A stretch of DNA of 62,535 nt, filler included, from Squatina squatina (GCA_031763465.1; 3 parts of 3 records of this genome joined end to end with filler, not necessarily neighbours in it); one strand, 5' to 3'. Shown: positions 24,392 through 36,981, counted from the whole stretch's first letter. The notes: a model not told the origin generated them from the letters alone. Translations and numbers: made by a program.

Positions 24392-26433
24392 NNNNNNNNN
24401 NNNNNNNNNNNNNNNNNNNNNNNNNNNNNNNNNNNNNNNNNNNNNNNNNNNNNNNNNNNNNNNNNNNNNNNNNNNNNNNNNNNNNNNNNNNTTTAACACC
24501 CAAAAAAGGAACCATAATCACATCACTGCTGCCGCACTGCATATAAAACAGAACAAAGGTCAGCAAGTATTAGTTTCATTGCAGTGTGTTGTTAGAGATT
24601 TTTGACACAACAAAATTGTAGGGTTTTGTTTGTTCAGTGCAAGCAGCACTTGTATGATAATAACTCAATTCATCAGTTCTATATCATTAAGCATCACCTT
24701 GATCAATAGCTTTGAAATGCTATTCAATAGGATTCGCAATTTCTTGACATCAAAGGCTGACTATCTTTTGCTTCATGAAAATAAATGTTTGCCTTTAACT
24801 ATTTGTTTGTCGCGGTCTGTACATTTAGCCTTTCTGTTGTAGGTCTGTCTCCCTCTCTCATTACTGTAAAGCCTGGGCAGTAATCTATTTGAACCTGTGT
24901 TTGCAGACAGGATCATTCAAATGCACACTGAATGGCAGCTACAATAGGAACCACAACCAATGAAAAGCGACTTCCAGAAACCACGGCGGGGTCGCTTTGC
25001 AAACTTTTGATTCCCCCTGACCAATCAGCTCACTAGAAAACGGACACTCAGACATGGAGACACAAGTACTCAATATTGGAAATAATATAAAATAAATGGT
25101 TGCTGAGGAGTGGTTGAAGGGTAGTAAGGTCATCTTAAGGCTCTGGTACCAAATCGCTGGAATTTTACGCGTAGGGTTTCTAACATGACCTCAACTTCCT
25201 GGATGAGATCATTGATGAGTATCACTCCCGGGCATCAACTCTTCTCCATCTGATACCAACAGTGCATTAAGAAATTTNNNNNNNNNNNNNNNNNNNNNNN
25301 NNNNNNNNNNNNNNNNNNNNNNNNNNNNNNNNNNNNNNNNNNNNNNNNNNNNNNNNNNNNNNNNNNNNNNNNNNNNNAATCAGTGCAATAGTGAGGAAAT
25401 AGCACAGCTTGTCCTCATGTTCACAGAACTGAGTATTACTGAACTGGATAAGGTGTTCAGTTTGGGCCACTGAAGCAGAATCAAGGTCCTGCCCAGTCTG
25501 AATGAAATTCATTAAAAACCACTTCAAGATATAAAATTTTCTCTTTTGAAGTGTTTTTTGGAATGCTAACACTTCCTTTTCCTCCCTGAAGCATATAGAA
25601 TATCATTTCCCTCGAGAAAAATCTTGGCACAATAGCAGAACTGCAACATGAGGGGTACAGTTAGTTTTCAGAAAAAAGACTGAACAAAAGAACAAAAGAA
25701 TACACGTGAAAGAAACTTCAGGGTCCCCAAAAGGATATAGTTGAGACATCACCAATTTGATCTTCTGGGTTTGCTTGGCAGGGAAGAGACGAAGCACAAT
25801 TCGAGCATGGTCCAATAGTACCCAATTGCAAATAAAGGACCACTGTGATAAGGAAATAGTTGATCCCAACAGTAGTCATGGGAACTGAAATAAAAAAAAG
25901 GTATAGCCCCAAATGCGAGTCAAATGAATAGCTGGGAATCCTGCACCACTCGGAATAAAAATTCAGCCAGTTTGAGTTTATCATCCTCCTCCCCATCCCC
26001 CAAATAATCTCACTATCACACAGACACACACACACACACCACAAGTACCCACAGTGGTGTTAAAACCAACTTTTAAGTTGGGTTGAAAACTACTCCATGG
26101 CTTAGCATGGAAAATCAGATATGGGTGGCTATTAACCCCTCATTAAATTAAATATTCATAGGAGCACTGAGCCCTTTAGGTCCCAGCAGGAATGGTATTC
26201 TGTCAATACGTGGGCTTGGGATTATCCAGTCACTACCTTAACCAGATAAGGATCGACTTATGTGGCAGCTGAAGAATTATCTCCCTCGACCACATGGATT
26301 GTAAATTCTGGCTTCTCATCTAGAAAANNNNNNNNNNNNNNNNNNNNNNNNNNNNNNNNNNNNNNNNNNNNNNNNNNNNNNNNNNNNNNNNNNNNNNNNN
26401 NNNNNNNNNNNNNNNNNNNNNNNNNNNCTGTAG

Positions 26434-26493
26434 TTTCCAGTCATTGTAACAAGAAGTAGCAATGTTTATGGACCTCATCAATATCCAGAAAAA
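26434..26493 (+). CDS. TGDS: dTDP-D-glucose 4,6-dehydratase internal exon
   Basis: ctgtag| FPVIVTRSSNVYGPHQYPEK |gtaagt, an extended-SDR motif. Confidence 0.93.
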
Positions 26494-27219
26494 GTAAGTA
26501 TGCTTTGCAATGTTATTCTTTAACCTTACAAGAATCTGACCAATGCTTCTGCACTTCCTGGAACAGGTGACCAAAAAAATTAGAGAACATTGAAAATACT
26601 ATAGACGCAATGGACTAGAAGGCCTCCCTCCTTGTTATAAATTTCTAGGTTCTGTGTCTGTCCTGGACCTACAAGAAGTCACAGCATGCTGAAATCTGGC
26701 CACATTTTATTTTCTGTTATTTAAGATATTCTAAATGGATCTTGAAGTTCTGTTTAATGGTGGAGGCAATAGATGGATTTTTGTTGCAATCTGTACGCTT
26801 CATTTTTACAAATAAAGTACCAACAGCCTTTATAATGCACATTTTTACACATGCGTGCAGTCTGGAAAGATTCAAACATTGTAATGATATGATCAACAAG
26901 TGCAAACAAATACATTTGGGTGTACATTAATACAAGTGTAATAGGAACTGGTTTGTATTTGGAAATTGTATGATTTATTAAAAAGTGATTTGCGCTTGGG
27001 TAGTACTAGAAGTATGTGAAAAGTACAAAATGTTAACTTTCCGTAGTCCATATTACGCACATTGTATGGAGAAATGTTTATAATTGAACCTTTCCCATTG
27101 ACTCATTACATATTAACTGNNNNNNNNNNNNNNNNNNNNNNNNNNNNNNNNNNNNNNNNNNNNNNNNNNNNNNNNNNNNNNNNNNNNNNNNNNNNNNNNN
27201 NNNNNNNNNNNNNNNNNNN

Positions 27220-27379
27220 TCATGGAATGGGAGTTCAAGCACGTCATTTTCTCTATGCTACGGATGTCGCCGAGGCATTCCTCACAATTCTTGAGAAGGG
27301 TGAACCCGGTGAGATCTACAACGTCGGCACAAACTTTGAGATGTCAGTCATTCAGCTTGCCAAGGAGTTAGTTCTTCTG
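27220..27379 (+). CDS. TGDS: TGDS internal exon (5' end lost in gap)
   Basis: [53 protein letters not shown] |gtaagt. Confidence 0.93.
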
Positions 27380-27604
27380 GTAAGTTAAATTGAGATGGGC
27401 TGGTCTTGCTGGGTTTCCCAAATGATTTCTTTCACTTTTACCTCACCCTGATTGAAATTGGGCAGGTGATCTACTTTCCAGTATCTTCAATGCCAACCTA
27501 ATCCAGCCACTGGGAGGTACACATGAGTGACGTGGTGTAGAAAGAGCAGTGCTTGTTTTCCTGCTCCTCCTATAGTACAAACTCTGGGGGGAGGGGTTGA
27601 GAAT

Positions 27605-27695
27605 TTGCACCTAAAACGTTAACTTGTCTCTGGTCTGCACAGACATTACCAAACCTGCTGAGTGTTTCCAGCAATTTCTGTTTATATTTCAGCAT
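27605..27695 (+). repeat. Penelope-associated terminal repeat fragment
   Basis: aaacgttaact...cacaga...acctgctgagtgtttccagcaatttctgtttatatttcag, a common shark repeat. Confidence 0.5.
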
Positions 27696-27749
27696 AGTGT
27701 GGAACTTGCAGATGATGTTGATCCCATAAAATTGTTGGTCTTATCTTTC

Positions 27750-27995
27750 TCAATGGCAGAGGTCGTGGGGGAGGGAGGTGCTATTGAAGTAACCGTGGCG
27801 AGTTACTGCAGTGCATCCTGTAGATTGTACACACTGCAGCCACAGCGCAGTGGGAAGGGGCGGATATCGAATGCAGTGCCAGAGCATCGATCGAGTAACT
27901 GCTCTCTCCTGGATGGTGTCGAGCTTCTTGAGTGTCATTTGAACTGCACCCATCCAGGGGAGTGGTGGGTATTCCATCACACGCCTGACTCGTAC
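27750..27995 (-). mobile_element. CR1/L2-group LINE ORF2 C-terminal fragment
   Basis: RVRRVMEYPPLPWMGAVQMTLKKLDTIQERA, the post-RT motif. Confidence 0.7.
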
Positions 27996-28164
27996 CTTGA
28001 AGGTGGTGTTGTGTTTTTCGAAGTAGTGTGGATGGAATCTAACATGGACATGTCTGCATAGTGGNNNNNNNNNNNNNNNNNNNNNNNNNNNNNNNNNNNN
28101 NNNNNNNNNNNNNNNNNNNNNNNNNNNNNNNNNNNNNNNNNNNNNNNNNNNNNNNNNNNNNNNN

Positions 28165-28297
28165 TGAGTTGGGCAACGTTACAGAGGTGGAAATAGGCTG
28201 TCTTAGTAATGGTGCGGATATGTGGCCGAAAACTCATTTCCATGTCAAATATGATACCAAGGTTATGAAGAGTGTGGTTCAGCCTCAGACAAATGCT
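28165..28297 (-). mobile_element. L2 LINE RT C-terminal fragment
   Basis: ICLRLNHTLHNLGIIFDMEMSFRPHIRTITKTAYFHLCNVAQL. Confidence 0.8.
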
Positions 28298-28324
28298 ATG
28301 GAGAGCGAATGGTATAGCACAGAT

Positions 28325-28470
28325 GGAGGCCATTCAGCCTATCGAGTCTGCACCGCCTCTTCTGAAGACCAATCGAGTTAGTTCAACTCACCGGCTCTTT
28401 CCCTAGATCCCTGCAGTTTTTTCTCCTTTAAGTACTTATTTAATTACCTTTTGAAGGCTACTATTGAATC
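28325..28470 (-). mobile_element. CR1 3' end
   Basis: Minus strand DSIVAFKR*LNKYLKEKKLQG plus 3' UTR ending gaatggcctcc. Confidence 0.7.
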
Positions 28471-28479
28471 ACATTGAAT

Positions 28480-29377
28480 AGTACAATATTTTACAGGCAC
28501 ATAAAAAGAAAAAGGAAGGTCGGGATGGGAATAGGGTCATTAAGGAATGGAGAGGATAATATCACAGGCAGCAATAGAGGAATGGCAGAGTTATTAAATA
28601 ATTACTTTGCTTCAGTATTTACCATGGAGATCGGACAGGTGGAGATAACATCGGATGATGAGATTAGTGATAAGTTAACTGCATTTAAAATAAAAGTGGA
28701 GATACACTAAATAAACTAAGGACACTCAAAGAGGATATAACCCCTAGGCCGGACAGATTACACCTGCGCATTTTAAAAGACTCTAGGAAAGAAATAGCAG
28801 AGGGTTTACTGCACATATTTAGTAATTCTTTAGAAAAAGGTGGAGTGCCAGAGGACTGGCAGATAGATAACATAATACCTATATTTAAGAAAGGAGATCG
28901 AACATGTCCAGTGAACTATAGACCAGTCAGCTTAACATCGGTAGTAGGAAAAATAATGGAATCCCTACTAAAGGAGAAAATAGAAGAACATCTCATAACA
29001 AAAAATATAATATAGTCAGCATGGATTTCAAAAGGGAAAGTCTTGCTTGACCAACCTCATTGAATTTTTCTGAAGCGGTACCGGAGAGCATAGATAAGGG
29101 GAATGCAGTAGATGTAATTTATCCAGATTTTCAAAAGGCCTTTGACAAGGTACCACATGATAGACTAATGAATAATGTCAGAGAATGCGGAGTCAGGAGA
29201 CAAGTAGTAGAATAGATAGTGAGCTGGCTTCAAGACAGAAAGCAGAGAGTAGGAGTAAAGGGTAGCTATTCAGAATGGCAGAAGGTGGGAAGTGGTGCTC
29301 CACAAGGATCAGTGTTGGGACCACTATTGTTCACAATTTATATTAATGATTTAGACTTTGGAATCAAAAACACAATA
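28480..29377 (+). mobile_element. CR1 LINE ORF2 reverse transcriptase region (frameshifted)
   Basis: MAELLNNYFASVFT...PEDWQIDNIIPIFKKG...NYRPVSLTSVVGKIME...QHGFQKGKSCLTNLIEF...DFQKAFDKVPH...GAPQGSVLGPLLFTIYINDL. Confidence 0.95.
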
Positions 29378-29461
29378 GGGCAAAAATTCCGGTTGGAGAC
29401 TTCTTGCGGGCGCAGGCCTCCGGCCAGAAAGATTTTTACAAATGTACCTGGTGGTCTGGTA
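29378..29461 (+). mobile_element. MITE family B end inserted in the CR1 RT
   Basis: GGGCAAAAATTCCGGTTGGAGACTTCTTGCGGGCG interrupts CR1 just before the FADD motif. Aligns with 36553 and 15288. Confidence 0.7.
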
Positions 29462-29562
29462 NNNNNNNNNNNNNNNNNNNNNNNNNNNNNNNNNNNNNNN
29501 NNNNNNNNNNNNNNNNNNNNNNNNNNNNNNNNNNNNNNNNNNNNNNNNNNNNNNNNNNNNNC

Positions 29563-29960
29563 ACTGCTCTCTCTGTGACTATCAATGTGATGACACCATT
29601 CAACTTTTATGGCACAAGGCCATTTCAGATAGCAGTGGCTGATCTCTGTAATATCAGCCAGGCTGCAGTACGGGCAGGACTTCATCAGGTGACTAACACA
29701 TCTTACAGGAGAGCTAGAGAATTTATTGGCATTAAAGCGAGGGAACAGTGAGACAGGGCCATCCAGTTTTAACAGGCTACTGTGTTTCCCAATGTCTAGG
29801 GTGCAAAGATGGCACCCGCATTGCTTTTTGAGTTCCGACAGACAACCTCCTCACCAGTAAGGGCTTTCAATGTAAAGATTGTGTGAGACAACATGCAAAG
29901 GATCCTGTACGCCAATACGAGATATGCTGGAGGTGATCACAATGTATTCATTCTTAGAAA
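29563..29960 (+). mobile_element. PIF/Harbinger (HARBI1-like) transposase relic
   Basis: ALSVTINVMTPFNFYGTRPFQIAVADLCNISQAAV...QVTNTSYRRAREFI...FPNV*GA.DGTRIA...KGF..NVKIV*D..QRILYANTRYAGGDHNVFILR gives the HTH and first two catalytic motif regions, with stops and frameshifts. Confidence 0.85.
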
Positions 29961-31401
29961 TTTGGCCCAATTGATATGCAATTGAGCGATCCTCAAATTC
30001 TGGTACAAATAGTTCCACAGACCACTGGCAAGTGCCTCACATTGGCACAAAAGTGGTACAACTCACCAACTGGAAATTAAAGGCCATAATGTTTTTTCTG
30101 TGTTTCGAAGTTTGAAGACTCTTAATTGGCTACCAATTTCCATTATCCCCCTATTGAATCTCCTCGCTTATGGCAGATAATGGAGGCTCCACTGTATTGC
30201 TTAGGTTTATTTTGAGGTTTTCAACATCCAGGATGGCGTTTAGTAGAACTCATAATCAAAGAAAAATTAATTGGTACAGTACATGATTTCTTGTATTTAA
30301 TAGTCTATGATGCTCCTATTAATTAAGTGTTAGTAGCTTGTTGTGCTGTCCATTATAAGCCATGCTGTAAGATACTTAAGTATGTCAGGCTAAATTGTAA
30401 ATTGGTAGGACAGGCACAAAAATTATTTTCCAGATGCTTTTTCTCTATAGATAATATTTTTGAGAAGAAGTTTTCATGATAGAGTTTCACATCATGAGAA
30501 ATATTTATATGTTCCTCTTCACTGCCTCATTGAAGAATTAAGGAGCTGTAAGCCTTGGAGGAAGGTTATAAGAAGTTTCATAGATTTCATTGAAGAGAAG
30601 GCGAGATGAATAAAATAAAAAGGAGCAAAAGGATGCAAACACATGTTGCTCTACACTAAGATCCAGCTGTGGATCTGACTGAGACCTGTTGATTTGAACA
30701 GAGGGATAATTCTCATGAGGATAAATGGAAAAGGACCTGCTCTGTCTACTGGTTACTCGGAAGCTAGGACTATATCCAGAGTAGTCTTCTTCTGCTCCAA
30801 GGATGGTTTCCCTTCTCCTTTTAGGAGTGCAATGGTATCTGTACCTATTAAAGGATTGGAGCAAACTTCCGTATCTTCACTATAGCATCAAATTAAAAAG
30901 TATTGCGTTTCTAGTGGGATCCTGCTGCACATTGAACAACTTCAAGCACCTGTAGGACGCAGTATAGATGAGGTATTTTGACAACCATCTGTTTGAATGA
31001 GAAAATTATTCTGTTGCTATCTGCAATCCATTTTTGAGTTTTTTCATTCTATCCACTTTCAAGAAAATATTACAATTTAATATCAATACCTTTTTTTGTC
31101 AATTTGAAAATTGCTTTAAATATCCATTGAACTAAGGTCATAGCCATTTAATTTGAAGGTTTTCACACCTGATACCCAGTGGATTATATCTGATTGATAA
31201 TATCAGAAATGGTTAAAAGTGCACACTGATTCTACATTCGAATAACTGCAACACATGCACTAATAGCATATGCGAAAACCTCTAGATAATAGTTTGTTGC
31301 TNNNNNNNNNNNNNNNNNNNNNNNNNNNNNNNNNNNNNNNNNNNNNNNNNNNNNNNNNNNNNNNNNNNNNNNNNNNNNNNNNNNNNNNNNNNNNNNNNNN
31401 N

Positions 31402-31583
31402 AAGGGGATAGTGATGAGGGGAAATAGTGATTATGGGGGATAGTGATGAGGGGGATAGTGATGAGGGGGAATAGTGATTATGGGGGATAGTGATGAGGGG
31501 GCATAGAGATGAGGGGGTTAGTGATGAGGAGGGATAGTGGTGAGGGGGATAGTGATGAGGGGGGATAGTGATGAGGGGGGATA
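31402..31583. repeat. G-rich minisatellite, about 15-16-bp unit GGGGGATAGTGATGA (about 12 copies)
   Basis: Direct inspection. Confidence 0.9.
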
Positions 31584-31664
31584 GCGCACCATGGTAACAA
31601 TCACAGAGAATGATATATGTGATTTTTCAGTGNNNNNNNNNNAGGTTAGAGTAGTTGAGGGTGA

Positions 31665-31960
31665 GTTTTATGAGGAGGGGGTTATGACAGTAAATTTGAC
31701 AGAGAGCGGAACAGTATCTGCGGAGAGGGAAGCATTTACAATATCAGCTAGCAGGTAGTGCAGGAAGGGAACATAGGAACAGCAGTAGGCCATTTGGCCC
31801 CTCGAGCCTGTTCCACGATTCAGTGAGATCATGGCTGATCTGTAGTTAGGTGCTAAGTGGTAGTGGGAATAGGGTCGCGAGAGCATGAGGTGGGTCTCAA
31901 GGAGAAGATGAGCTTGAAAAGTGCATGAGGAGAGATAGGAGCGAAACTAGAAAAAGATGA
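31665..31960 (-). mobile_element. L2 LINE ORF2 fragment split by a CR1 tail
   Basis: FSSFAPISPHALFKLIFSLRPTSC..DPIPT // PFLHYLLADIVNASLSADTVPLSVKFTVITP. Confidence 0.8.
31768..31843 (-). mobile_element. CR1 3' tail (about 75 nt) nested in L2
   Basis: ggaacataggaacagcagtaggccatttggcccctcgagcctgttccacgattcagtgagatcatggctgatc. Confidence 0.85.
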
Positions 31961-32457
31961 GGTAAGTGAAGAATGTGGCAGTAACAGCTGAATGGAATGA
32001 AATAGGCCATGTTGCTCATTCTGCATTCTTTATATGTGCAAAAAACATGAACAATGCAACTGGATTGAGTGGTAAAACAAAATTGCAAGTCAACCACATG
32101 ATTCAAACTGAAATGATATGAAGCTTTATTTGACTATTTGATACCAGAAAATAACATATCATATCACATAATGTTATATGGTCATATGACAGTTTGTACA
32201 CTGTAATCGAATAAAAGATCATCAACCTAAGGCTGTTCACTTACCATCATCATAGAATAACTTTAGATCACGTGACCTAGATTCTGCATTATGATTGGTT
32301 GATGATGACGTCATACAATGCATACTAAACTTTTATTTAAGAAATATTACAGATCTTNNNNNNNNNNNNNNNNNNNNNNNNNNNNNNNNNNNNNNNNNNN
32401 NNNNNNNNNNNNNNNNNNNNNNNNNNNNNNNNNNNNNNNNNNNNNNNNNNNNNNNNN

Positions 32458-32508
32458 CGTGGACCAGAACTTCTTAGCAAGCTTCAGTTTCTCTTTAACG
32501 TCGGTAAC
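32458..32508 (-). CDS. GPC6: Glypican-6 internal exon, 5' part (rest in gap)
   Basis: gtcttcag| VTDVKEKLKLAKKFWST. Confidence 0.85.
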
Positions 32509-33699
32509 CTGAAGACATCATGAGAGAAATGAGCATCTTAATCATCAATGTCAGCCACACAGGGTAGTAAAAAGCAAACAGGAATGACTGTGGTAATGTT
32601 ACAATCGACATCAATAAAGGTGAATGGGGTTTATATATGTTTGGATTAAAAAACTCACTTTAGTGTCCAGCAATCTTTGCTTAGTTTATCTTAAAAGCTA
32701 ATCTTCTTCAACAAAACATCAACTGAATCAAGTTGTTGTTTGAAAGTATAACATAAAAAGACAGTGCCAATATTGTTACACAAGTGCTCAGAATATTCTG
32801 CATATATAACTTTATTTCTACAGTCCATGATTTCTATTCAAAGGAAAATATTTACTGACAACGGAATATTTGACAGATATAACTTGGAAAGCTTAAGGAA
32901 ACAATCAATCATCTCAAGCATATTCTACCCAACGCTGGTTGGAAATTGTAATTAAATATTTACTATAATGGTCTTGATTGTATTCTTTGTAGAAGAATCT
33001 GAAGTAACGTACATATCCCAGAAACAGGCACTAATACCTTATTCCCATTACATCACAACTTGTACTTGTTGTAGGGTAGAAGGACAGGTGGTTCTGTCAG
33101 TCTAATTAATAAGCTGTGAAATCTGGAAGTCTGTGGAAACTTTACGTCACTAAAGAGAGTCTGGGGTGTTGTTCTTCAGCTCTGCACCTCTGATTGTCTG
33201 GGTATTTTGACTCATCAAAGAGTAAAGCTAGAAGATTTTGGAAGTTGAAAAATGCACCCCTGTGTCAAACTGTATGGATGTGACCTTCATTCGACTAGTC
33301 AGCAGTCACGAACATGTTCCTGCCTTGTGTGCTAACCTAAAAAACACTGCCGCGGCTAATTGTTTCAGGTTATCCACAACTATTTCACATTTATGCTTTT
33401 ACTGAGCACCAGGACATGTTTTAAAATTTAAAGAGAAAAGGGGAAAGGCAGGTTTCCATTCACCAGNNNNNNNNNNNNNNNNNNNNNNNNNNNNNNNNNN
33501 NNNNNNNNNNNNNNNNNNNNNNNNNNNNNNNNNNNNNNNNNNNNNNNNNNNNNNNNNNNNNNNNNNGTGTGAGTGCAAGCAGACAGGAAGTGGAGTGAAG
33601 TATTCCCTGCTGGATTGAGCAGAGGCAGGGGAAGGAAGGATTGATAGTATAGGGGTTGTGCATGGCTGCAGAGAGAGTAGGAGAGATGTGAAGGGGAGT

Positions 33700-34200
33700 A
33701 TTACCTCGTGGTCCTGGTCAAATGATGAAACTTTGTTCATGTACTGCAGCCTGGGGATATGCTTCTGAAAGTTAGAGGCTCTGCAACCTTCTCCTTGGCT
33801 GCTGCTTAATCTGTCTCAGCACCCAATGTCCATCAAAGGGAAGAGGACCTCCTCCCTGCTTCTCACTTCGTCACTGAGCATCTGAAAATCTGGGGATCCT
33901 GGTCGAAGTCATCCTGCTTGCTGCCCTACATTGCTGTCGGCTATCCACCATCAAAAAAGCACCTCCCCTTTAAGGNNNNNNNNNNCAGGCTGCCTTTAAA
34001 TAGTGGTTGCCCCACCAGATTTATTGCCCTCGCAATTGGCGGGTTGACTACGGGTAATGCATTTTGCATTGGAAGCTCGCTGATTTAATTCAACTGAGGT
34101 CCGGCCATGAAAATGACATTAGTCCCATGCCGATTGCTTCAGGTAGGCACAGCGCATGTCTCGCCCACTGCCGGCCCAACTAACACTGTTCAAAAATTGT
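33700..34200 (-). mobile_element. Harbinger element end with Myb/SANT ORF relic
   Basis: Minus strand PRFSDA...DEVRSREEVLFP.DG...EKVAE...KFHHLTRTT. The aaagcacctcccctt motif is shared with 11228. Confidence 0.7.
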
Positions 34201-35464
34201 CTAACTCATCTTTTATTAGGCGATCGGAGATCATTGGAGAAAAATCCTTAAACATAACCCATTCTTAAGTCCTCCCAAAAAAGAGATAACAATAATTAGA
34301 AATTCTGAAAAATAACACAAATTATAGACTTATCTTTCTTCATAACAAAACAGGTTAGCAAAATCCACATTTACTGTCTAATGAGAAAAGAACACTGGTA
34401 AAGGATGCAATCTGGTTACAATCTATGCAATGCCCTAATCCTGTGGAACTCCAGGGACCCATGCTAGTTTATTGAATGAGAGAACAACTGCTTAAATCTC
34501 CATGCAGGCAACGGAAAAGAATAGGATTAACATTCAAGATAAAAGTACAGTTCCAAACACATGAAGAAGCTTATGCTAGAAAATTGGAAGCATTAACTCC
34601 CTAAAGCCCCTGTTTTATCAGCTTTGTTGCTGGAAGAATTGATGTCATCACTTTATTTTCTGCACGTGCCCAGATTAGCACAATTCAGAACAAATGGAAC
34701 CAGACTCTGGGAGAAGGCGTGTGTGGGATGTAGATTTGCAGTAAGAATCTTTACTGTTGCCAATACTATTACTATTACTGAACTTACTGTCATTTTGGAA
34801 TATAAATACAAATAAAATATGTGGAGGTGGTGCATTTTTAATTCCTGATAAAATTAATTTAGAAAGTTTTGTCCCACTCCATTTGTACAAAGTTTCACAC
34901 AAGTTAATCCCTCCTCCCCATATTGCTGCAATCAAACGNNNNNNNNNNNNNNNNNNNNNNNNNNNNNNNNNNNNNNNNNNNNNNNNNNNNNNNNNNNNNN
35001 NNNNNNNNNNNNNNNNNNNNNNNNNNNNNNNNNNNNNNTACAACGGACAATGCTCCAACCCTACAAAGGCCATCAGCAGCCTCGATACCTCCTGACCCAG
35101 CAAAACCCAGGAGCCGTCAGCAAATGATCTGACACAGCATATTGCCCAAGAACGCTGCACCGATTCTTCAGATGCAACCTTCGGCCTCCTGCTAAGGTTA
35201 GCACCAGAAATAGTGCGCTGCACAAGAGATTCTGCACTTCACTCATGTACATCAGCAGGCAGCATCAAAATACCAGTATTGCCTGCACTCTTTTTGCGGG
35301 TGGCCATCAACCTCAAGCCGCGGTAACACCAGCTGTTTTCTGGCCTAATCGGATTACTTGGTCAGTATCTCTTCAATGTGCCCAATATGCATTTTGGAGT
35401 AGAGTTTGTGAAGAATTAATAGCCAAAAGAGGTGCTGCAGCTTCTGTTTAATTTGGGACTTCTA

Positions 35465-35803
<339 letters not shown>

Positions 35804-36552
35804 TTAGGACTCAGGTTGGAAGGCAGGGCACTGAGCAAAATGGGAAAAATTGAATTCTATGATACAGTTGCCATGTCAAACTGAGTTAATTTTTTTACAG
35901 GAAAAAATAGGTTAGCAGAGTGGAACTTGCTTATTTTCTATCATGTACTGGGAGTAATTCTCCACAATCGGATATTTGTACCAAACCTCTTTGCACATAA
36001 ACAGCAAATCAACTCCTGTCTCACGTAGCACCGCTTTGATTTCCTTCCCAAGCCAGGTAGAAGAAGAGGCAATAATGCTCCGTGTGTATTCCAGAATACA
36101 AATGAGAACTAGCGGGAAACACTAATGCTGCATGTCAGGATCATGGTTACAATCAGAAATCTATGTTTGCCACTGGCATATAATCAAATTTTCTTGGCTT
36201 TCAATTGAATTATAAAATGGTACATCAAAAGCAGTGCATATTCCGAGCAAAGTCTATCTATTGTATAATTTATCAGTCAGAAAAAAAATTAACAGCAAGC
36301 CAAATATTACAAATATAAATATTTACTGAATAATGGAAACACTTGTATCACGTAGCTTGTATTTTATGAAGTGGACAGTCAGACCATGAGATGCCTGTAT
36401 AATGTACATCTTAGTATCATCAGGAGACACTTTCATAAAAAACACAATTAGTTAAATGAAAAAAGCATCACTTTTAATTTTTTGCACAACCAAATCATCT
36501 GAAACTTGCAAATCTGTGATCACCACATTCTCCTCCGTGTGTTTGAAATATT

Positions 36553-36840
36553 GAGGCTGAATTTGGGGTCGGAGGCTTCCTGCGTGCGGATGCCTCCGAC
36601 CGAAAATATTTTATCAAACTTACTTGAGGGTCTGGGAGCCACATAAACTTGCTTTCTTCTGCCTCCATAGTTAGGCATGCGCAGGGGGCCACAGATCTCT
36701 CCAACAGAGGCCCCAACCAATCAGGTAAGAGTATCCCCCATTCATGCTTTTACAGATCTCCGCCATATATGGGAGATCTGTAGAAGCATGAATGGGAGAC
36801 AGTAAAAATGCACAAGCACATCAAAAGACATTTTAAAAGC
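36553..36840 (+). mobile_element. MITE family B with internal palindromes
   Basis: GAGGCTGAATTT terminus, 10-bp stem ggtcggaggc/gcctccgacc, and a 60-nt hairpin at 36737-36796. Confidence 0.7.
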
Positions 36841-36981
36841 TTCTGCAACATTAGAATGTAATAAAGTTAATATGTAACAAGNNNNNNNNNNNNNNNNNNN
36901 NNNNNNNNNNNNNNNNNNNNNNNNNNNNNNNNNNNNNNNNNNNNNNNNNNNNNNNNNNNNNNNNNNNNNNNNNNNNNNNNN

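Noticed and set aside
24957-24985. ER stress element (CCAAT-N9-CCACG)
   Set aside because: The spacing is 19 nt, not 9.
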